DNA of 64,000 nucleotides from Acidobacteriota bacterium (GCA_040755995.1 JBFMAF010000032.1:225306-289305); one strand, 5' to 3'. Shown: positions 47,579 to 58,267, numbered from the stretch's first letter. Notes: generated by a model not told the origin, from the letters alone. Numbers and translations are program-made.

Positions 47579-50473
47579 CTAGAACGAGTAGCGGACGCCG
47601 AAGCGGACGACGCGCGGGTACATCAGGTCCTGCACCTGGTTGGCGCTGCTGCTGTCGAGACGTTCAGCAATCGCGAGAGGGGTGTTCTTGTTGAGGACGT
47701 TGAAAACGTCGAGGTCCAGGCTGACGTTGCCCTTCTCGCCCAGCGAGATGGCCTTCGACACGCGCAGGTCCAACTCGATCACGTTGGGCATCTTCGTCTC
47801 GCCGATCTCTTGCGCCCAGACGTTCTTGCCCGAGGAGCCGGGGTCGACCCTCGACTCGCGCTGGAAGTACACGATCGGGAATCCCTCTCGGGCGATGAGG
47901 TTGCCGGAGGCGCTGAGGCCATATGGTAGCTGGTACATGCCGTTCATCAGCATCTGCCACTTCGGCGTGCCTACCCAGTAGTCGGTCTTGCCGCTGCCTG
48001 AGATGGTGACGAGATTGCCGCCGTCGACAAGGTTGGTCGGGTCTGCCATGCCCGCTGTACCGTCAAAATACTCCCTGTCCGTCTGATAGTTGAAGGATGC
48101 ATTGAGCATCCACTTGTTGCTCAGGCGCTTGGTCGCGAAGAACTCCATGCCCAGGTACTTCTGGCCATAGTCCTCGCGATTGGTGTAAAGGGAATCGATC
48201 CCGGCTCCGGGCAGTTCCGCGCGAGCGTCCCTCAACCCCCAGTACGGCATGTTGTAGGCCGTTCCGTCGGGGAGCGTCCCCGTGACGTTGCCGGCAAGTT
48301 CGTAGTCGCTGAACGTGTAAGGAGCGTTCGGGTTCTTGTAGTCCGTGCCGACCTTCCACGTGAGGTTGTAGGCCTTGCGCCATACGAAGTTGCCGCCCAC
48401 CGAGAAGTTCTGCACGATCTCACGCTCGCCGCCGACGATGAATTCGAGCCGCTTCGGTGCCGTCAGGTCCCCGTCGACGACAGTGGTGGATCGGTTGGAG
48501 GTCGGATCCAGAGGATCGACGTAGTAGATCCCCACCGGGCCGTAGGCCCAGTCGATCTCATTGTCCTGCGCCAGGTGGTCGCCGTTGAGGTCCGTCCAGT
48601 AGTAATCGAGCTCCCCGGGGTAGGTCACCGGGGATAACAGCCAGTAGTCCTTGACTCCGAGCTGGTCCGCATACTGCGCGAAGCTGGCCCTCGCCAGCGT
48701 CTTGCCGTCGCCCGTCAGATCGTACGTAACCCCCAGCCTGGGCGAGATGTTGTTCCAGGTGAAGGGCGCGTCCTGGGTGGGCACGCTGATGGACGGGAGG
48801 ATGGCCGGGTACGCAGCGTTCCCTCGGACGCTGGTGTCCAGTATGGTGCCGGACTGACTGTCGAAGCGAAGCCCGAGGTTCGCGGTCAAACGGCCCTTGG
48901 TGAACGTGTCGCCTGCATAGAACGATGTGTACTGATTCAGGCTGCGGAGGCTCGAGTCGCGCATGATCCAGACAATTCCGTAGTACGCATCAGCGTACAG
49001 CATGTCCCCAGGGATGCGGGTCGAAGACTCGTTGGTGAACCTTCGGTAAGAGAACCCAAACTTGAATTCGTGGCTGCCACCGAGAGCCCGGACGAAGTAG
49101 TTCGTATCGGCTGTGAAGGTGTAAGCTGGCTGCGATGCGTCGAACCGATCATAGGTGCCGTGCCAGACGCCGTCCTCCGTACGGTACCGCTCGGCGTCCA
49201 ACCCGCCCGCGGGAACGAGGTGGTAGACGCTCTTGAGATAACTGAACTTCGCGTTCAGGTAGAGGTCCTGGTTGAAGATGTGGCTGGCCTCCACCTTGTG
49301 AATATCCGTTGGGCCGTCCTGGTTGTACGTGGTCTCGATCGGCCGAGTGGCGCCCGCGCTCCTGCCGCGCTTTATCTTGTCGCCGCGGAAGTAGAAATAC
49401 GTGAGGCTGGTCCCCTCAGTGGCCTGTGCGTTGAACTTGAGGCTGATGTTCTCGAGAAGCGTGTTGTCGGGGGCTCCGTTGATGGCGGTCGTTTGGATGT
49501 CCTGGATGCCGACGGCGCCCCAGTACCAGGCCTTTTCTTTCACGATCGGGCCGCCGATCTCGATTCCGTAGTCGCGCAACTTCGTCAGCGATACCCTCTG
49601 GAACTCCGGGTTCCACTTATAGCCATCGAGCTCGGTGGAGCCGCCGTGTTGCGGCGTAGCAAGGTCCTTTGTGTTGTCGCTCTGGAGCCCCTCGCTGGTC
49701 GTGATGAACCGCGCCGAGCCCTTCGGGATATCGCCGCCGCGCTTGGTGACGAAGTTCAGTCCCAGGCCGCCGGTGGGTTGCGACGGGTCGTTCCCGCCGG
49801 TCGTGATCTCCATCTCCTCGATGGCGTCGAAATCGAAATAGGTCGTCGTGGCTCCCACGGACGCCATGTCGGTGATATTGACCCCGTCCATGTTCCACAT
49901 CGTGTTGTTGCCGCCGACGTCACCGCGACTGGTAAAGGTGGACTGCTGCCCGCCCTCGGATCCGGCGATATTGACTCGATCGACCACCACCCCCGAGATC
50001 ATCGACATCACGACCCAGGGATCGCGAGCCGTCGGGATGTTGGCGAGCATCTCGTTGCTCACGTTCTGGCCGACGCCCGTCTTCTTGGTGTCGAGGATCG
50101 GCTGCTCGGCGGTCACCGTAACCGTCTCCACGACGGCGCTTGGCTTCATCGTGATCCTGAGGTTCACAGCGCTCCCCGTCTGAACCGAAATCTGCTTCTG
50201 GACGTATGTCGCGAAGCCCTGCAGGCCGCACTCCAGATCGTAGTCGCCGGGGGAGAGCCGGATGAAGTGGAACTCGCCGGTGACTCCGGTGGACTGCGTC
50301 ATCGTCCCGATGAGCGTACCGGTAAGATCAACGGTAACGCCTGGTATCACAGCACCCGTGTCGTCGACAACAACCCCGTAGATGTGGCCCGTGTACGTCT
50401 GAGCCAAGGCGAGCCCAGGCAACACCGCAATCAATGCGACTGCCAGCAGAAACAGTGACCCTCGCGACCTCAT
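47579..50473 (-). CDS. TonB-dependent receptor with N-terminal carboxypeptidase-regulatory-like domain (Oar-like)
   Basis: G.I.G.V.D.TGAVIPGVTV, ETVTVTAE, plug region N.VTKRG, C-terminal PR..RFGVRYSF. Confidence 0.92.
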   Translation of the reverse strand: MRSRGSLFLLAVALIAVLPGLALAQTYTGHIYGVVVDDTGAVIPGVTVDLTGTLIGTMTQSTGVTGEFHFIRLSPGDYDLECGLQGFATYVQKQISVQTGSAVNLRITMKPSAVVETVTVTAEQPILDTKKTGVGQNVSNEMLANIPTARDPWVVMSMISGVVVDRVNIAGSEGGQQSTFTSRGDVGGNNTMWNMDGVNITDMASVGATTTYFDFDAIEEMEITTGGNDPSQPTGGLGLNFVTKRGGDIPKGSARFITTSEGLQSDNTKDLATPQHGGSTELDGYKWNPEFQRVSLTKLRDYGIEIGGPIVKEKAWYWGAVGIQDIQTTAINGAPDNTLLENISLKFNAQATEGTSLTYFYFRGDKIKRGRSAGATRPIETTYNQDGPTDIHKVEASHIFNQDLYLNAKFSYLKSVYHLVPAGGLDAERYRTEDGVWHGTYDRFDASQPAYTFTADTNYFVRALGGSHEFKFGFSYRRFTNESSTRIPGDMLYADAYYGIVWIMRDSSLRSLNQYTSFYAGDTFTKGRLTANLGLRFDSQSGTILDTSVRGNAAYPAILPSISVPTQDAPFTWNNISPRLGVTYDLTGDGKTLARASFAQYADQLGVKDYWLLSPVTYPGELDYYWTDLNGDHLAQDNEIDWAYGPVGIYYVDPLDPTSNRSTTVVDGDLTAPKRLEFIVGGEREIVQNFSVGGNFVWRKAYNLTWKVGTDYKNPNAPYTFSDYELAGNVTGTLPDGTAYNMPYWGLRDARAELPGAGIDSLYTNREDYGQKYLGMEFFATKRLSNKWMLNASFNYQTDREYFDGTAGMADPTNLVDGGNLVTISGSGKTDYWVGTPKWQMLMNGMYQLPYGLSASGNLIAREGFPIVYFQRESRVDPGSSGKNVWAQEIGETKMPNVIELDLRVSKAISLGEKGNVSLDLDVFNVLNKNTPLAIAERLDSSSANQVQDLMYPRVVRFGVRYSF

Positions 50474-50648
50474 CCCTTCCTCCTCTTGATGTACAGTTGG
50501 CGTTGGAATCCCCTCGACAAGACAACACGGCAGCCTGACTCGCCCTGCTGCACCCAAACGTGGCCCCAGGCTGACGGCGCTTTCCGAAGCATGATGGCGA
50601 CCAGTCTAGCCAGAGAACGGGGGGCAAGTCAAACCGGGAGTCAGCGAT

Positions 50649-51158
50649 TCAGTGACAGAACGCGCCGGGCGCGTACTTCTCGACTCGCGAACGGTCGGGA
50701 CACTCCGATAGCAGTTCCAGCACAGTCTTGCCGAGCACCGGGTGCACGAAGCTCGGGGCGATCTCGCAGAGAGGCACCAGAACGAAGCGGCGCACGGGAA
50801 GGCGCGGATGAGGGACCGTCAGCGACGGGGTCTCTATGACCTCGCATCCGTGGAACAGCAGATCCAGGTCCAGAGTGCGGGGCTGCCCGGGGCCGGTGCG
50901 AATCCGACCGAGCCCACGCTCTACCGCGAGCATCAGCTCCACGAGCTCCGCTGCGCTCAAGATCGACGATAGCCGCGCGGCGGCGTTCAGGTATTCCGGC
51001 TGCGGGCCGCACTGCCACGGCTCCGTCTGGTAGATCGACGAGACGGCCTCAACCACCGTCGCCTGCGACCGCAGCATCTCCAATCCACGACGGATGTTCT
51101 GCTCCCGGTCCCCCAGGTTCGACCCGACCCCAATGTAGATGCCGGATGCTGCGTTCAT
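50649..51158 (-). CDS. folK: 2-amino-4-hydroxy-6-hydroxymethyldihydropteridine diphosphokinase
   Basis: GSNLGDR, SSIY.TEP, PRTLDLDLL, PHPR...R.FVL.PL.EI. Confidence 0.95.
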   Translation of the reverse strand: MNAASGIYIGVGSNLGDREQNIRRGLEMLRSQATVVEAVSSIYQTEPWQCGPQPEYLNAAARLSSILSAAELVELMLAVERGLGRIRTGPGQPRTLDLDLLFHGCEVIETPSLTVPHPRLPVRRFVLVPLCEIAPSFVHPVLGKTVLELLSECPDRSRVEKYAPGAFCH

Positions 51159-51239
51159 TTCAGAGGATGATTAAACTATAAGCGTCTGGAGAAGATCAAT
51201 CATAGATGGTAAGATTGCTGGAAAGCGAGGTAGGCCGCC

Positions 51240-51719
51240 ATGATCGTGAGGATATCCGGTCTGATATGCATTCCACTAGCCGTCCTGCTCGCCACTGCGC
51301 CAGGCAGAGGCGAGAGCCTGGCCGAGGCGGCGAAGGCGCAGAAGGAATACGAGAAGAAGCTACAGGCTTCGGGCACCAAGGTGCGCACGGTCAGGCTGAC
51401 AGGTCAAGCGCTCCCGGAAGACGTCGGCGCGGTGTCGAAGATGGGGAAGCCCGCCGAGGCGTCCAGGCCGATGCCCGCCGCCGTCACAGGAGAGATCGCC
51501 AAGCAGAAGGCACTCGAGAACACGGTCGGCACGCGCGTTGACTTCATGCGGGCAGAGGTCGACCGACTGCAGAAGGAGGTCGACGAGCTCGCGACCGTCG
51601 ACGGCCGGCATTACGAGTACGGATGGAAGAAGAGCCGCCTGGACCGGCTGAAGAGCGAGCTGTCAGTGCTGGAAGAGGAGGCGCGCAAGCGCGGCCTCCC
51701 GCCGGGCGTTGTGAGGTAG
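51240..51719 (+). CDS. Secreted coiled-coil hypothetical protein
   Basis: Signal peptide, SLAEAAK...EEEARKRGLPPG. Confidence 0.65.
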   Translation: MIVRISGLICIPLAVLLATAPGRGESLAEAAKAQKEYEKKLQASGTKVRTVRLTGQALPEDVGAVSKMGKPAEASRPMPAAVTGEIAKQKALENTVGTRVDFMRAEVDRLQKEVDELATVDGRHYEYGWKKSRLDRLKSELSVLEEEARKRGLPPGVVR

Positions 51720-51752
51720 GATACTATACAGCCCGACATGAGTCGCGCTGTA

Positions 51753-52013
51753 CTAGGAAGCCCTCTTCCTCAGCACTCTGGCGTACACTTCTCGCAGGCG
51801 TTCATCACAGACCATCTTGATCCATGCCTGGCGTGTGATCCCTATGGACCGGCACTCCTGATCGATCAGTCTCAGAAACGGCAGCGGAAAATCGACGTTT
51901 ACGCGTTGCTTTGCCTGGAACTTCCCGCTGAAGTGCGCCGAGACGTCCTCGCCCCGCTGGGCTGCGTCCGCGATGGCTTCGATCCTGTCACGCTTGGCGA
52001 GTTTCTTGTTCAT
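51753..52013 (-). CDS. CopG/BrnA-like antitoxin
   Basis: RVNVDFP...ID.E...IG.TRQ..IK....ERL. Confidence 0.8.
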   Translation of the reverse strand: MNKKLAKRDRIEAIADAAQRGEDVSAHFSGKFQAKQRVNVDFPLPFLRLIDQECRSIGITRQAWIKMVCDERLREVYARVLRKRAS

Positions 52014-52269
52014 ATGCCCGTTTCTCCTGTTTCGTAGACCTCCATGCAGTAACAACCCAGATGAAGCCGCCGGGCTCGTCCTCTCGGTACTCCACGAGGA
52101 AGGTCGTCGTTACACCGCGTGCGAAACCGATGATTCGGTGTTGCCGAGGATCATCGATGAGCTGGTCCTCGATGTATGGCATATCCAGCATGTCATCGAG
52201 GTCGGCGAAGTCGATGCCTCGCCTGCGTAGGACTTCCTCGCGCTTCGCCTCGTCCCACCGTATTCTCAC
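51988..52269 (-). CDS. BrnT-like (RelE-fold) toxin
   Basis: WDEAK.......GIDF...RIIG...VTAWRSTKQEKRAYE, overlapping the antitoxin start. Confidence 0.8.
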   Translation of the reverse strand: MRIRWDEAKREEVLRRRGIDFADLDDMLDMPYIEDQLIDDPRQHRIIGFARGVTTTFLVEYREDEPGGFIWVVTAWRSTKQEKRAYEQETRQA

Positions 52270-52367
52270 AGATACAAATGGTATACTTTCTATCCACTCA
52301 TAGCAAGCCGACACGGGCCGGCAGAAACCCGACCGGCAGCGCTGCTACATGAGGTCAGGCCGATGGC

Positions 52368-52403
52368 CGGTCTCCGTTCTCCGATTCCCGGTTTCCCCGA
52401 TTC
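52368..52403 (+). repeat. Pyrimidine-rich 8-mer repeat arm (TCTCCGAT-like)
   Basis: TCTCCGTTCTCCGATTCCCGGTTTCCCCGATTC, the reverse-complement class of the 40282 arm. Confidence 0.6.
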
Positions 52404-52512
52404 ATCCGGTCAAGAATCCCAGGGCGTCGGGCCAACGGGCATTGCACCCACGATCCGGCAGCCGGTCTGTCCCCCAGTGCGACGCCGCCAGGAAGGTGGT
52501 AACATATGACCG

Positions 52513-53415
52513 ATGAGCGTGCATGGGCATCGATGCGGCAATCGCACGGCGCTTGCCCGGCACCGGCTCGCGATCACGCTCGGCATCACGGCGGCGATCT
52601 GCGTGGCCGAGACCGTGGGCGGCTTCATCTCCGGGAGCCTCGCCCTGTTGTCCGATGCCGGCCACATGCTCACCGACATCCTCTCGCTCCTCCTCAGCCT
52701 CTTCGCCCTCCTGCTCTCGACCCGCCGCGCCGATTCAAAGCGCACCTACGGGTACTACCGCCTTGAGATCATCGCCGCATTCCTGAACGGCATTCTGCTC
52801 TTCTCGCTCTCCGCCGGCCTCCTGTATTCCGCCTGGCTGCGACTCCAGCACCCACGCGAGATCGAAGGCGGCGTCATGATGCTCTTCGCACTGGTCGGGC
52901 TGGCCGGCAACGTCCTCGGCGCGGTGCTCCTCATGGGTTTCCGCGACAACATCAACCTGCGCGCCGCCTTTCTGCACGTGATGAGCGACGGCATCTCGTC
53001 TGCGGGCGTGCTTCTCGGCAGCCTGGTCATCTACAAGTGGCGCCTCTACTGGATCGACGTCGCGCTGGGCGTTCTCATCGCGGCGCTCATTATCTACAGT
53101 TCGCTCCGCGTGCTGCGCGAGGCGACGAGCATTCTCATGGAATCCATCCCGCACGGCCTGGAGCTCACGCGAGTCCGCGAAATGCTCCTCCGCATCCCTG
53201 GCATTCGCTCAGTCCACGACCTCCACGTCTGGTCAATCTCAACGGATATGCCGGCTCTCTCAGCGCACATCGTGGTCGATGACGCCGAGCAGGCCGACAG
53301 CCACAGGCTTCTCGAGGAGATTCACACGAAGCTGGACGATGAGTTCCGCCTCTCGCACACCACGATCCAGATCGAGACCGAGAGCTTTCGCAAGTGCTGC
53401 GCCAGCGACCATTAG
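52513..53415 (+). CDS. Cation diffusion facilitator (CzcD/ZitB-like)
   Basis: SLALLSDAGHMLTD, TYGY.R.E, N.RAAFLHV..D, VHDLHVW, H.TIQIE. Confidence 0.93.
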   Translation: MSVHGHRCGNRTALARHRLAITLGITAAICVAETVGGFISGSLALLSDAGHMLTDILSLLLSLFALLLSTRRADSKRTYGYYRLEIIAAFLNGILLFSLSAGLLYSAWLRLQHPREIEGGVMMLFALVGLAGNVLGAVLLMGFRDNINLRAAFLHVMSDGISSAGVLLGSLVIYKWRLYWIDVALGVLIAALIIYSSLRVLREATSILMESIPHGLELTRVREMLLRIPGIRSVHDLHVWSISTDMPALSAHIVVDDAEQADSHRLLEEIHTKLDDEFRLSHTTIQIETESFRKCCASDH

Positions 53416-53467
53416 CGAAGGTAATCCGGCCGTCCGGTGTTCAGGTGCGCCCGTGCACATCTGGACG

Positions 53468-53510
53468 GACACGGAGACGCGGAGAACGCCAGGTCCGGGT
53501 CTCCGCGTGC
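53468..53510. repeat. Short inverted 8-mer repeat element (GACGCGGA class)
   Basis: GACACGGA GACGCGGA GA ... TCTCCGCGT; same unit as 63580-63654. Confidence 0.65.
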
Positions 53511-53539
53511 GTGGCGAGAGGCAGGGGTCTCCCGCCTGG

Positions 53540-54619
53540 CTAAGGTGTCTTCCAGTACTTCGCCTGGATCTTCCAGATCTCCGGGATGAGGTGATCCTTC
53601 ATCACGCGGATCTCGCCCGTGGGATCGGACGGCTCGTTCACCGACGTCTTCGGCGTCGGTGCCTGGGCTGCGGAAAGCGCATCGAGCACGGCCAGAGTTC
53701 CCTGGCGCAATCCATCCAGACTGTAGCCACCCTCGAGCACGAACACGATCTTCCCGCCCGGGCGGGCCTCGGCCGCCCGGCGCAGCTTCGCGCCCAGCAT
53801 CCCGAATCCGGCGGCGCTCACGTCCATCCCGCCCAAGGGATCATCCTTGTAGATGTCGAATCCGGCGGAGACCAGAACCAGCTCCGGCGCGTACTGCTCC
53901 AGTATCGGGCATATGATTCGATCGTAGACGAGCTCGAATGTCGGGTCGCCGCAGCCGCCCGGGAGCGGCACGTTCACGGTGAACCCGAGTCCAGGCCCTT
54001 TGCCTACTTCGCCCGCAGAGCCCGTGCCTGGGTAGAAGGGGAACCTGTGTGAGGAGATGTACAGGATTTCTCTACGATCGTAGAAAATGTGCTGCGTTCC
54101 GTTCCCATGGTGGACGTCGAAGTCCACGATGGCGACGCGCTTCAGTCCGCGCTCGGCGCTGGCCCACGCCGCCGCCACGGCGACGTTGTTGATCAGGCAG
54201 AATCCCATGGCCCCCTCGGCCTCGGCGTGGTGGCCCGGAGGCCGGGGAAATGCGAAGCCTGTCGAGACTTCGGAATCGAGCACCGCCTTCACCAGCTCGA
54301 TCGATCCGCCCGCCGCCATCCTGGCGACGCGGAAGGAATGGCGCGAGGTGGGGGTGTCGCCGTCGAGAAAGAAGTGGTCCGTGCCCTCCGTCTCGGCCAG
54401 CATGCCGAGATGATGGCGCGTGTGCACTCGAAGCATCTCCGCCTCGGTCGCTTCCCGTGGCTTCACGTAGATTAGTTCCGCCCCGGCCTTGAACGAGTCC
54501 AGGCCCTCCTTGATAGCCTTCAGCCGCTCCGGACGCTCCGGGTGGCCCGACCCCGTGTCGTGCTCGAGAAACACGCGGTCCCAAAGAATGCCGATCCGCC
54601 GAGGCGAAGGTGTCGTCAT
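53540..54619 (-). CDS. Histone deacetylase family (Zn-dependent amidohydrolase)
   Basis: HPERPERL, RPPGHHA, GFC..NN, DFDVHHGNGTQ, SAGFD, LEGGY. Confidence 0.93.
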   Translation of the reverse strand: MTTPSPRRIGILWDRVFLEHDTGSGHPERPERLKAIKEGLDSFKAGAELIYVKPREATEAEMLRVHTRHHLGMLAETEGTDHFFLDGDTPTSRHSFRVARMAAGGSIELVKAVLDSEVSTGFAFPRPPGHHAEAEGAMGFCLINNVAVAAAWASAERGLKRVAIVDFDVHHGNGTQHIFYDRREILYISSHRFPFYPGTGSAGEVGKGPGLGFTVNVPLPGGCGDPTFELVYDRIICPILEQYAPELVLVSAGFDIYKDDPLGGMDVSAAGFGMLGAKLRRAAEARPGGKIVFVLEGGYSLDGLRQGTLAVLDALSAAQAPTPKTSVNEPSDPTGEIRVMKDHLIPEIWKIQAKYWKTP

Positions 54620-54626
54620 GGCTCAC

Positions 54627-55943
54627 CTACGCAGGACGGACCGGCCGGCGCCCGATCGAGTAGTACGTGAATCCCAGCTCTGCCATATGCTGCACCTCGT
54701 AGAGATTGCGGCCGTCGAAGATGACGGGCTTGGCGAGCGACGCCCTGATGCGTTCGAAATCCGGCACGCGGAACTCGTTCCATTCCGTCAGGATGATCAG
54801 GGCATCGGCCCCTGAGAGCGGCTCGTACGCCTTTTCGCAAAGGCGGACTCGGGGACCGAATATGCGACGGGCCGTTGGAGACGCCACCGGATCGAATGCG
54901 GCCACGGCGGCGCCGGCTTCGAGCAGCCGGTTGAGGATGACCAGCGACGGCGCCTCGCGCATGTCGTCGGTACGGGGCTTGAAGGCGAGCCCCCAGACTG
55001 CGAACTTCAACCCGACCAGCTTGCCTCCGAAGTGCACGCGGATCTTGTCGAAGAGCAGCTCCTTCTGGAGCGTGTTCACCTCTTCGACGGCGCGCGTCAC
55101 CTTCATGTCCACACCGTTCTCCTCGCCGGTCTTGCGCAGGGCGCGGATGTCCTTTGGGAAGCAGCTCCCGCCGAACCCCACCCCGGCGAACAGGAACGAC
55201 GGCCCTATGCGGCCATCGCTCCCGAGGCCCCTCCGTATCATCTCGATATCGGCTCCGACCTTCTCGCACAGCTTCGCGAACTCGTTCATCATGGAGATGC
55301 GTGTGGCCAGCATGGTGTTGGCCGCGTACTTCGTCATCTCGGCGCTGGGCGGATCCATCACCAAGATAGGTTTGCCGGTTCGAGTGAAAGGGGCGTAGAC
55401 TTCCTGCATCACCTGCAGCGCCTTCCCGTCGTCGCAGCCCAACACCACCCGGTCCGGCCGCAAGAAGTCATCCATCGCCGTACCTTCCTTCAGGAACTCC
55501 GGATTGCTGACCACCGACATCGGATGGGAGGTCTTCGATCGGATGAGATCGCGGACGCGGCGGTTTGTCCCGACCGGCACCGTCGACTTCAGCACGACGA
55601 TTTTCTCGCCGTTGGCGTGCCGGGCGATCTGCTCGGCCACCGCCAGCACGTGCTGGAGATCCGCCGAACCGTCTTCGTTCTCGGGCGTGCCGACCGCTAT
55701 GAAGATCACGTACGCTTCGCTGATCGCCGTCGCGATATCGGTCGTGAACGTGAGTCGCTCTTCGCGCACACATCTCTCGATGACCTCGCCCAGCCCCGGT
55801 TCGTAGAACGGCACCTGGCCGTTTCTCAGCTTCCCGACTTTCTCCTCGTCGATATCCACCCCGATGCAGCTGTTGCCGGCATCAGCCAGGCAGGCCGCCG
55901 CCACCAACCCCACGTACCCGGTTCCAACCACTGCTATGTTCAT
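54627..55943 (-). CDS. ugd: UDP-glucose 6-dehydrogenase
   Basis: GTGYVGL, KSTVPVGT, NPEFLKEG, GFGGSCFPKD, FKP.TDD.RE. Confidence 0.95.
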   Translation of the reverse strand: MNIAVVGTGYVGLVAAACLADAGNSCIGVDIDEEKVGKLRNGQVPFYEPGLGEVIERCVREERLTFTTDIATAISEAYVIFIAVGTPENEDGSADLQHVLAVAEQIARHANGEKIVVLKSTVPVGTNRRVRDLIRSKTSHPMSVVSNPEFLKEGTAMDDFLRPDRVVLGCDDGKALQVMQEVYAPFTRTGKPILVMDPPSAEMTKYAANTMLATRISMMNEFAKLCEKVGADIEMIRRGLGSDGRIGPSFLFAGVGFGGSCFPKDIRALRKTGEENGVDMKVTRAVEEVNTLQKELLFDKIRVHFGGKLVGLKFAVWGLAFKPRTDDMREAPSLVILNRLLEAGAAVAAFDPVASPTARRIFGPRVRLCEKAYEPLSGADALIILTEWNEFRVPDFERIRASLAKPVIFDGRNLYEVQHMAELGFTYYSIGRRPVRPA

Positions 55944-56017
55944 GTTCGCTCAGTACTCCTTATCGCATTCATGAAACTCGTATTGGTAACACACGGGCGG
56001 TTGGCGGGTCAACACGG

Positions 56018-56046
56018 TTGACGCAGGCGCGTCTTGCCGCCATAAT
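56018..56046 (+). promoter_or_regulatory. Sigma70-type promoter of the OPT gene
   Basis: TTGACG-17 bp-CATAAT. Confidence 0.6.
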
Positions 56047-56164
56047 GACGGCTCTCGCGCAGGACGCTGCGCGAGACGAAGAATGGTATGCCGACGGACG
56101 CAATACCGAACCACCCGCTCATCCCAACCACAGCACGGCACCGATCGAACAGGTGAGGCACACA

Positions 56165-58261
56165 ATGAGTCCATATCAGAGAGAAGAGAAACCCGCCGCC
56201 GGTCGCGAAGACGTCGACGTCCACCTTCCGGAGAACGCCTTCCGTGAGCTGAAAGCCGGGGAGACCTATGAGCCCATTATCAGACCGGAACAGACTGTGC
56301 CCGAGGTCACGCTCAGGTCGGTGGGCCAAGGGATCCTTTGGTCCATCGTCTTCTCCGCAGCGGCCACTTATATTGCTCTGAAGTTGGGGCAGGGGATCGA
56401 ATCGGCTATTCCGATTTCGATTCTGGCGGTGGGGCTCTCGGTCTTTCTGGTGAAATTCTTCGGGAGCCGTGCCTCGACTCTGATCGAGAACGTCAACGTC
56501 CTGGCCGTCGGCGCCACGTCCGGGATCGTCGCCGGCGGTTCGGTGTTCACGATGCCGGCGATCTACATCCTCGGCCTGCAGAACCGGTCGTCATTCTTTC
56601 AGATATTCCTGGTGCCTCTCCTTGGAGCCATTCTCGGGGTCTTCTTCCTCTCGCCCTTCCGCAGGTACTTCGTCCGCGACCTGCACGGAAAGCTGCCGTT
56701 TCCCGAGGGGACGGCCACGACCGAGATTCTCGTGGCAGGCAAGCGAGGCGGCAAGAGCGCCGTGGTGCTCACGTACTCGGCCGCGGTCGCGGCGGCGTTC
56801 GACTTCGTCGGACCGTCGATGCGCGCGTGGGCCGAGAACTTCTCGACTGCGGGCATAGGCGCTCTGAGCGGCTTGACGCACAAGGCGAAGGCGGTTTTCA
56901 ACATGAACACCAGCGCCGCGGTGCTCGGGCTGGGCTACATCATGGGGATCGACTACGCCGCAATCATCATGGCGGGGTCGATGATCTCTTTCTTCGTACT
57001 GGTGCCCGTGTTCGCGTACCTGGGCGCGTTGATACCGGCAGCCATCCCTCCGGGCACGGCGCCTATTGCATCCCTGGACGCCGAGGCGATATTCAGTCTC
57101 TACGTGCAGCCGATCGGGATCGGCGGGATTTTCGCGGCCGGCCTGATTTCGATCTTGAAGATGTCGCCGGTCATCCTGCAGGCTGTCCGGAAGGCGTTCG
57201 GCGAGGTCGCGAGACTCGCCCGGGGCGCGGGCGCTGCGGCCGAGGACGTACGGACCGAGCGATCGCTGCCGATGTCGGCGATCCTGCTCGGGATCGCAGC
57301 CACGGGCCTGCTGGTCTTCCTGTACTTCCGCTTCTCGGTCCTCTCGGCGGAGGCGTCCGCCACATCCGTCTCCCTGCTGGCGGCGCTGATGACGCTTGTG
57401 ATCGGGTTCCTGTTCGCCGCGGTCTCGGCCTGGGCCGTCGCGATCATATCCATCACGCCGGTTTCCGGCATGACCCTGACCACTCTCATCGTGAGCGCCG
57501 TGGCGCTGTCGGCCCTGGGCCTGAGAGGACAGAGCGGCATGCTCCAGACGCTTCTCATCGGCGGTGTCGTCTGCACCTCACTGTCAATGACGGCCTCGCT
57601 GGTGACCCAGTACAAGATAGGGTACTGGCTGGGCGCAACGCCGCGCAAGATCGAGATCTGGAATCTCGCCGGATGCTTCATAGCATCCGCGGCGACGACC
57701 GCCGTGATCATGCTGATGTCCAGCGTCTACGGATTTTCGCCGAGCCCCGAGCACCTGGAACCGCTGGCGGCCCCACAGGCCAATGCGATGGCGGCGGTGC
57801 TTCGAGGCGTGATGGGGTCCGGCGAGGCCTCGTGGTTCCTGTACGGAGTCGGAGCCGTGTTCGCCGTTGCCGCAGAGATGTGCGGTGTCTCCGGCCTGGC
57901 GTTCGGGCTTGGCATGTATCTGCCCATGGAACTGAACTCGCCGCTGGTTCTCGGAGCGGCCGTGTCGTGGCTGCTGCAGCGGTCGTCGAAAGACAAGAAG
58001 CTGGCGAAGACGCGACAGGAGAAGGGCACGCTGATCGCATCGGGCTTCATCGCCGGCGGCGCGCTCGTCGGAGTACTGGCAGCTCTGCTCCGCTTCATCG
58101 AGGACTGGCGCGATGTCACGATCGTTCCCGACCTCACCAAAGTCGCAGCCCTCGACATCGGCGCATGGCTGGACAGCTGGGGAAACTGGATCGGCCTGCT
58201 CATGTTCCTGGGCCTCGCGGGCGGCCTCTACTGGGATTCGTGGCGGGAGAAGGCGGAGTAG
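56165..58261 (+). CDS. OPT family oligopeptide transporter
   Basis: EVT.RS, Y..LK.G, LPFPEGTAT, K.GY.LGATP, APQA..MA, many TM segments. Confidence 0.92.
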   Translation: MSPYQREEKPAAGREDVDVHLPENAFRELKAGETYEPIIRPEQTVPEVTLRSVGQGILWSIVFSAAATYIALKLGQGIESAIPISILAVGLSVFLVKFFGSRASTLIENVNVLAVGATSGIVAGGSVFTMPAIYILGLQNRSSFFQIFLVPLLGAILGVFFLSPFRRYFVRDLHGKLPFPEGTATTEILVAGKRGGKSAVVLTYSAAVAAAFDFVGPSMRAWAENFSTAGIGALSGLTHKAKAVFNMNTSAAVLGLGYIMGIDYAAIIMAGSMISFFVLVPVFAYLGALIPAAIPPGTAPIASLDAEAIFSLYVQPIGIGGIFAAGLISILKMSPVILQAVRKAFGEVARLARGAGAAAEDVRTERSLPMSAILLGIAATGLLVFLYFRFSVLSAEASATSVSLLAALMTLVIGFLFAAVSAWAVAIISITPVSGMTLTTLIVSAVALSALGLRGQSGMLQTLLIGGVVCTSLSMTASLVTQYKIGYWLGATPRKIEIWNLAGCFIASAATTAVIMLMSSVYGFSPSPEHLEPLAAPQANAMAAVLRGVMGSGEASWFLYGVGAVFAVAAEMCGVSGLAFGLGMYLPMELNSPLVLGAAVSWLLQRSSKDKKLAKTRQEKGTLIASGFIAGGALVGVLAALLRFIEDWRDVTIVPDLTKVAALDIGAWLDSWGNWIGLLMFLGLAGGLYWDSWREKAE

Positions 58262-58267
58262 TTTTCA

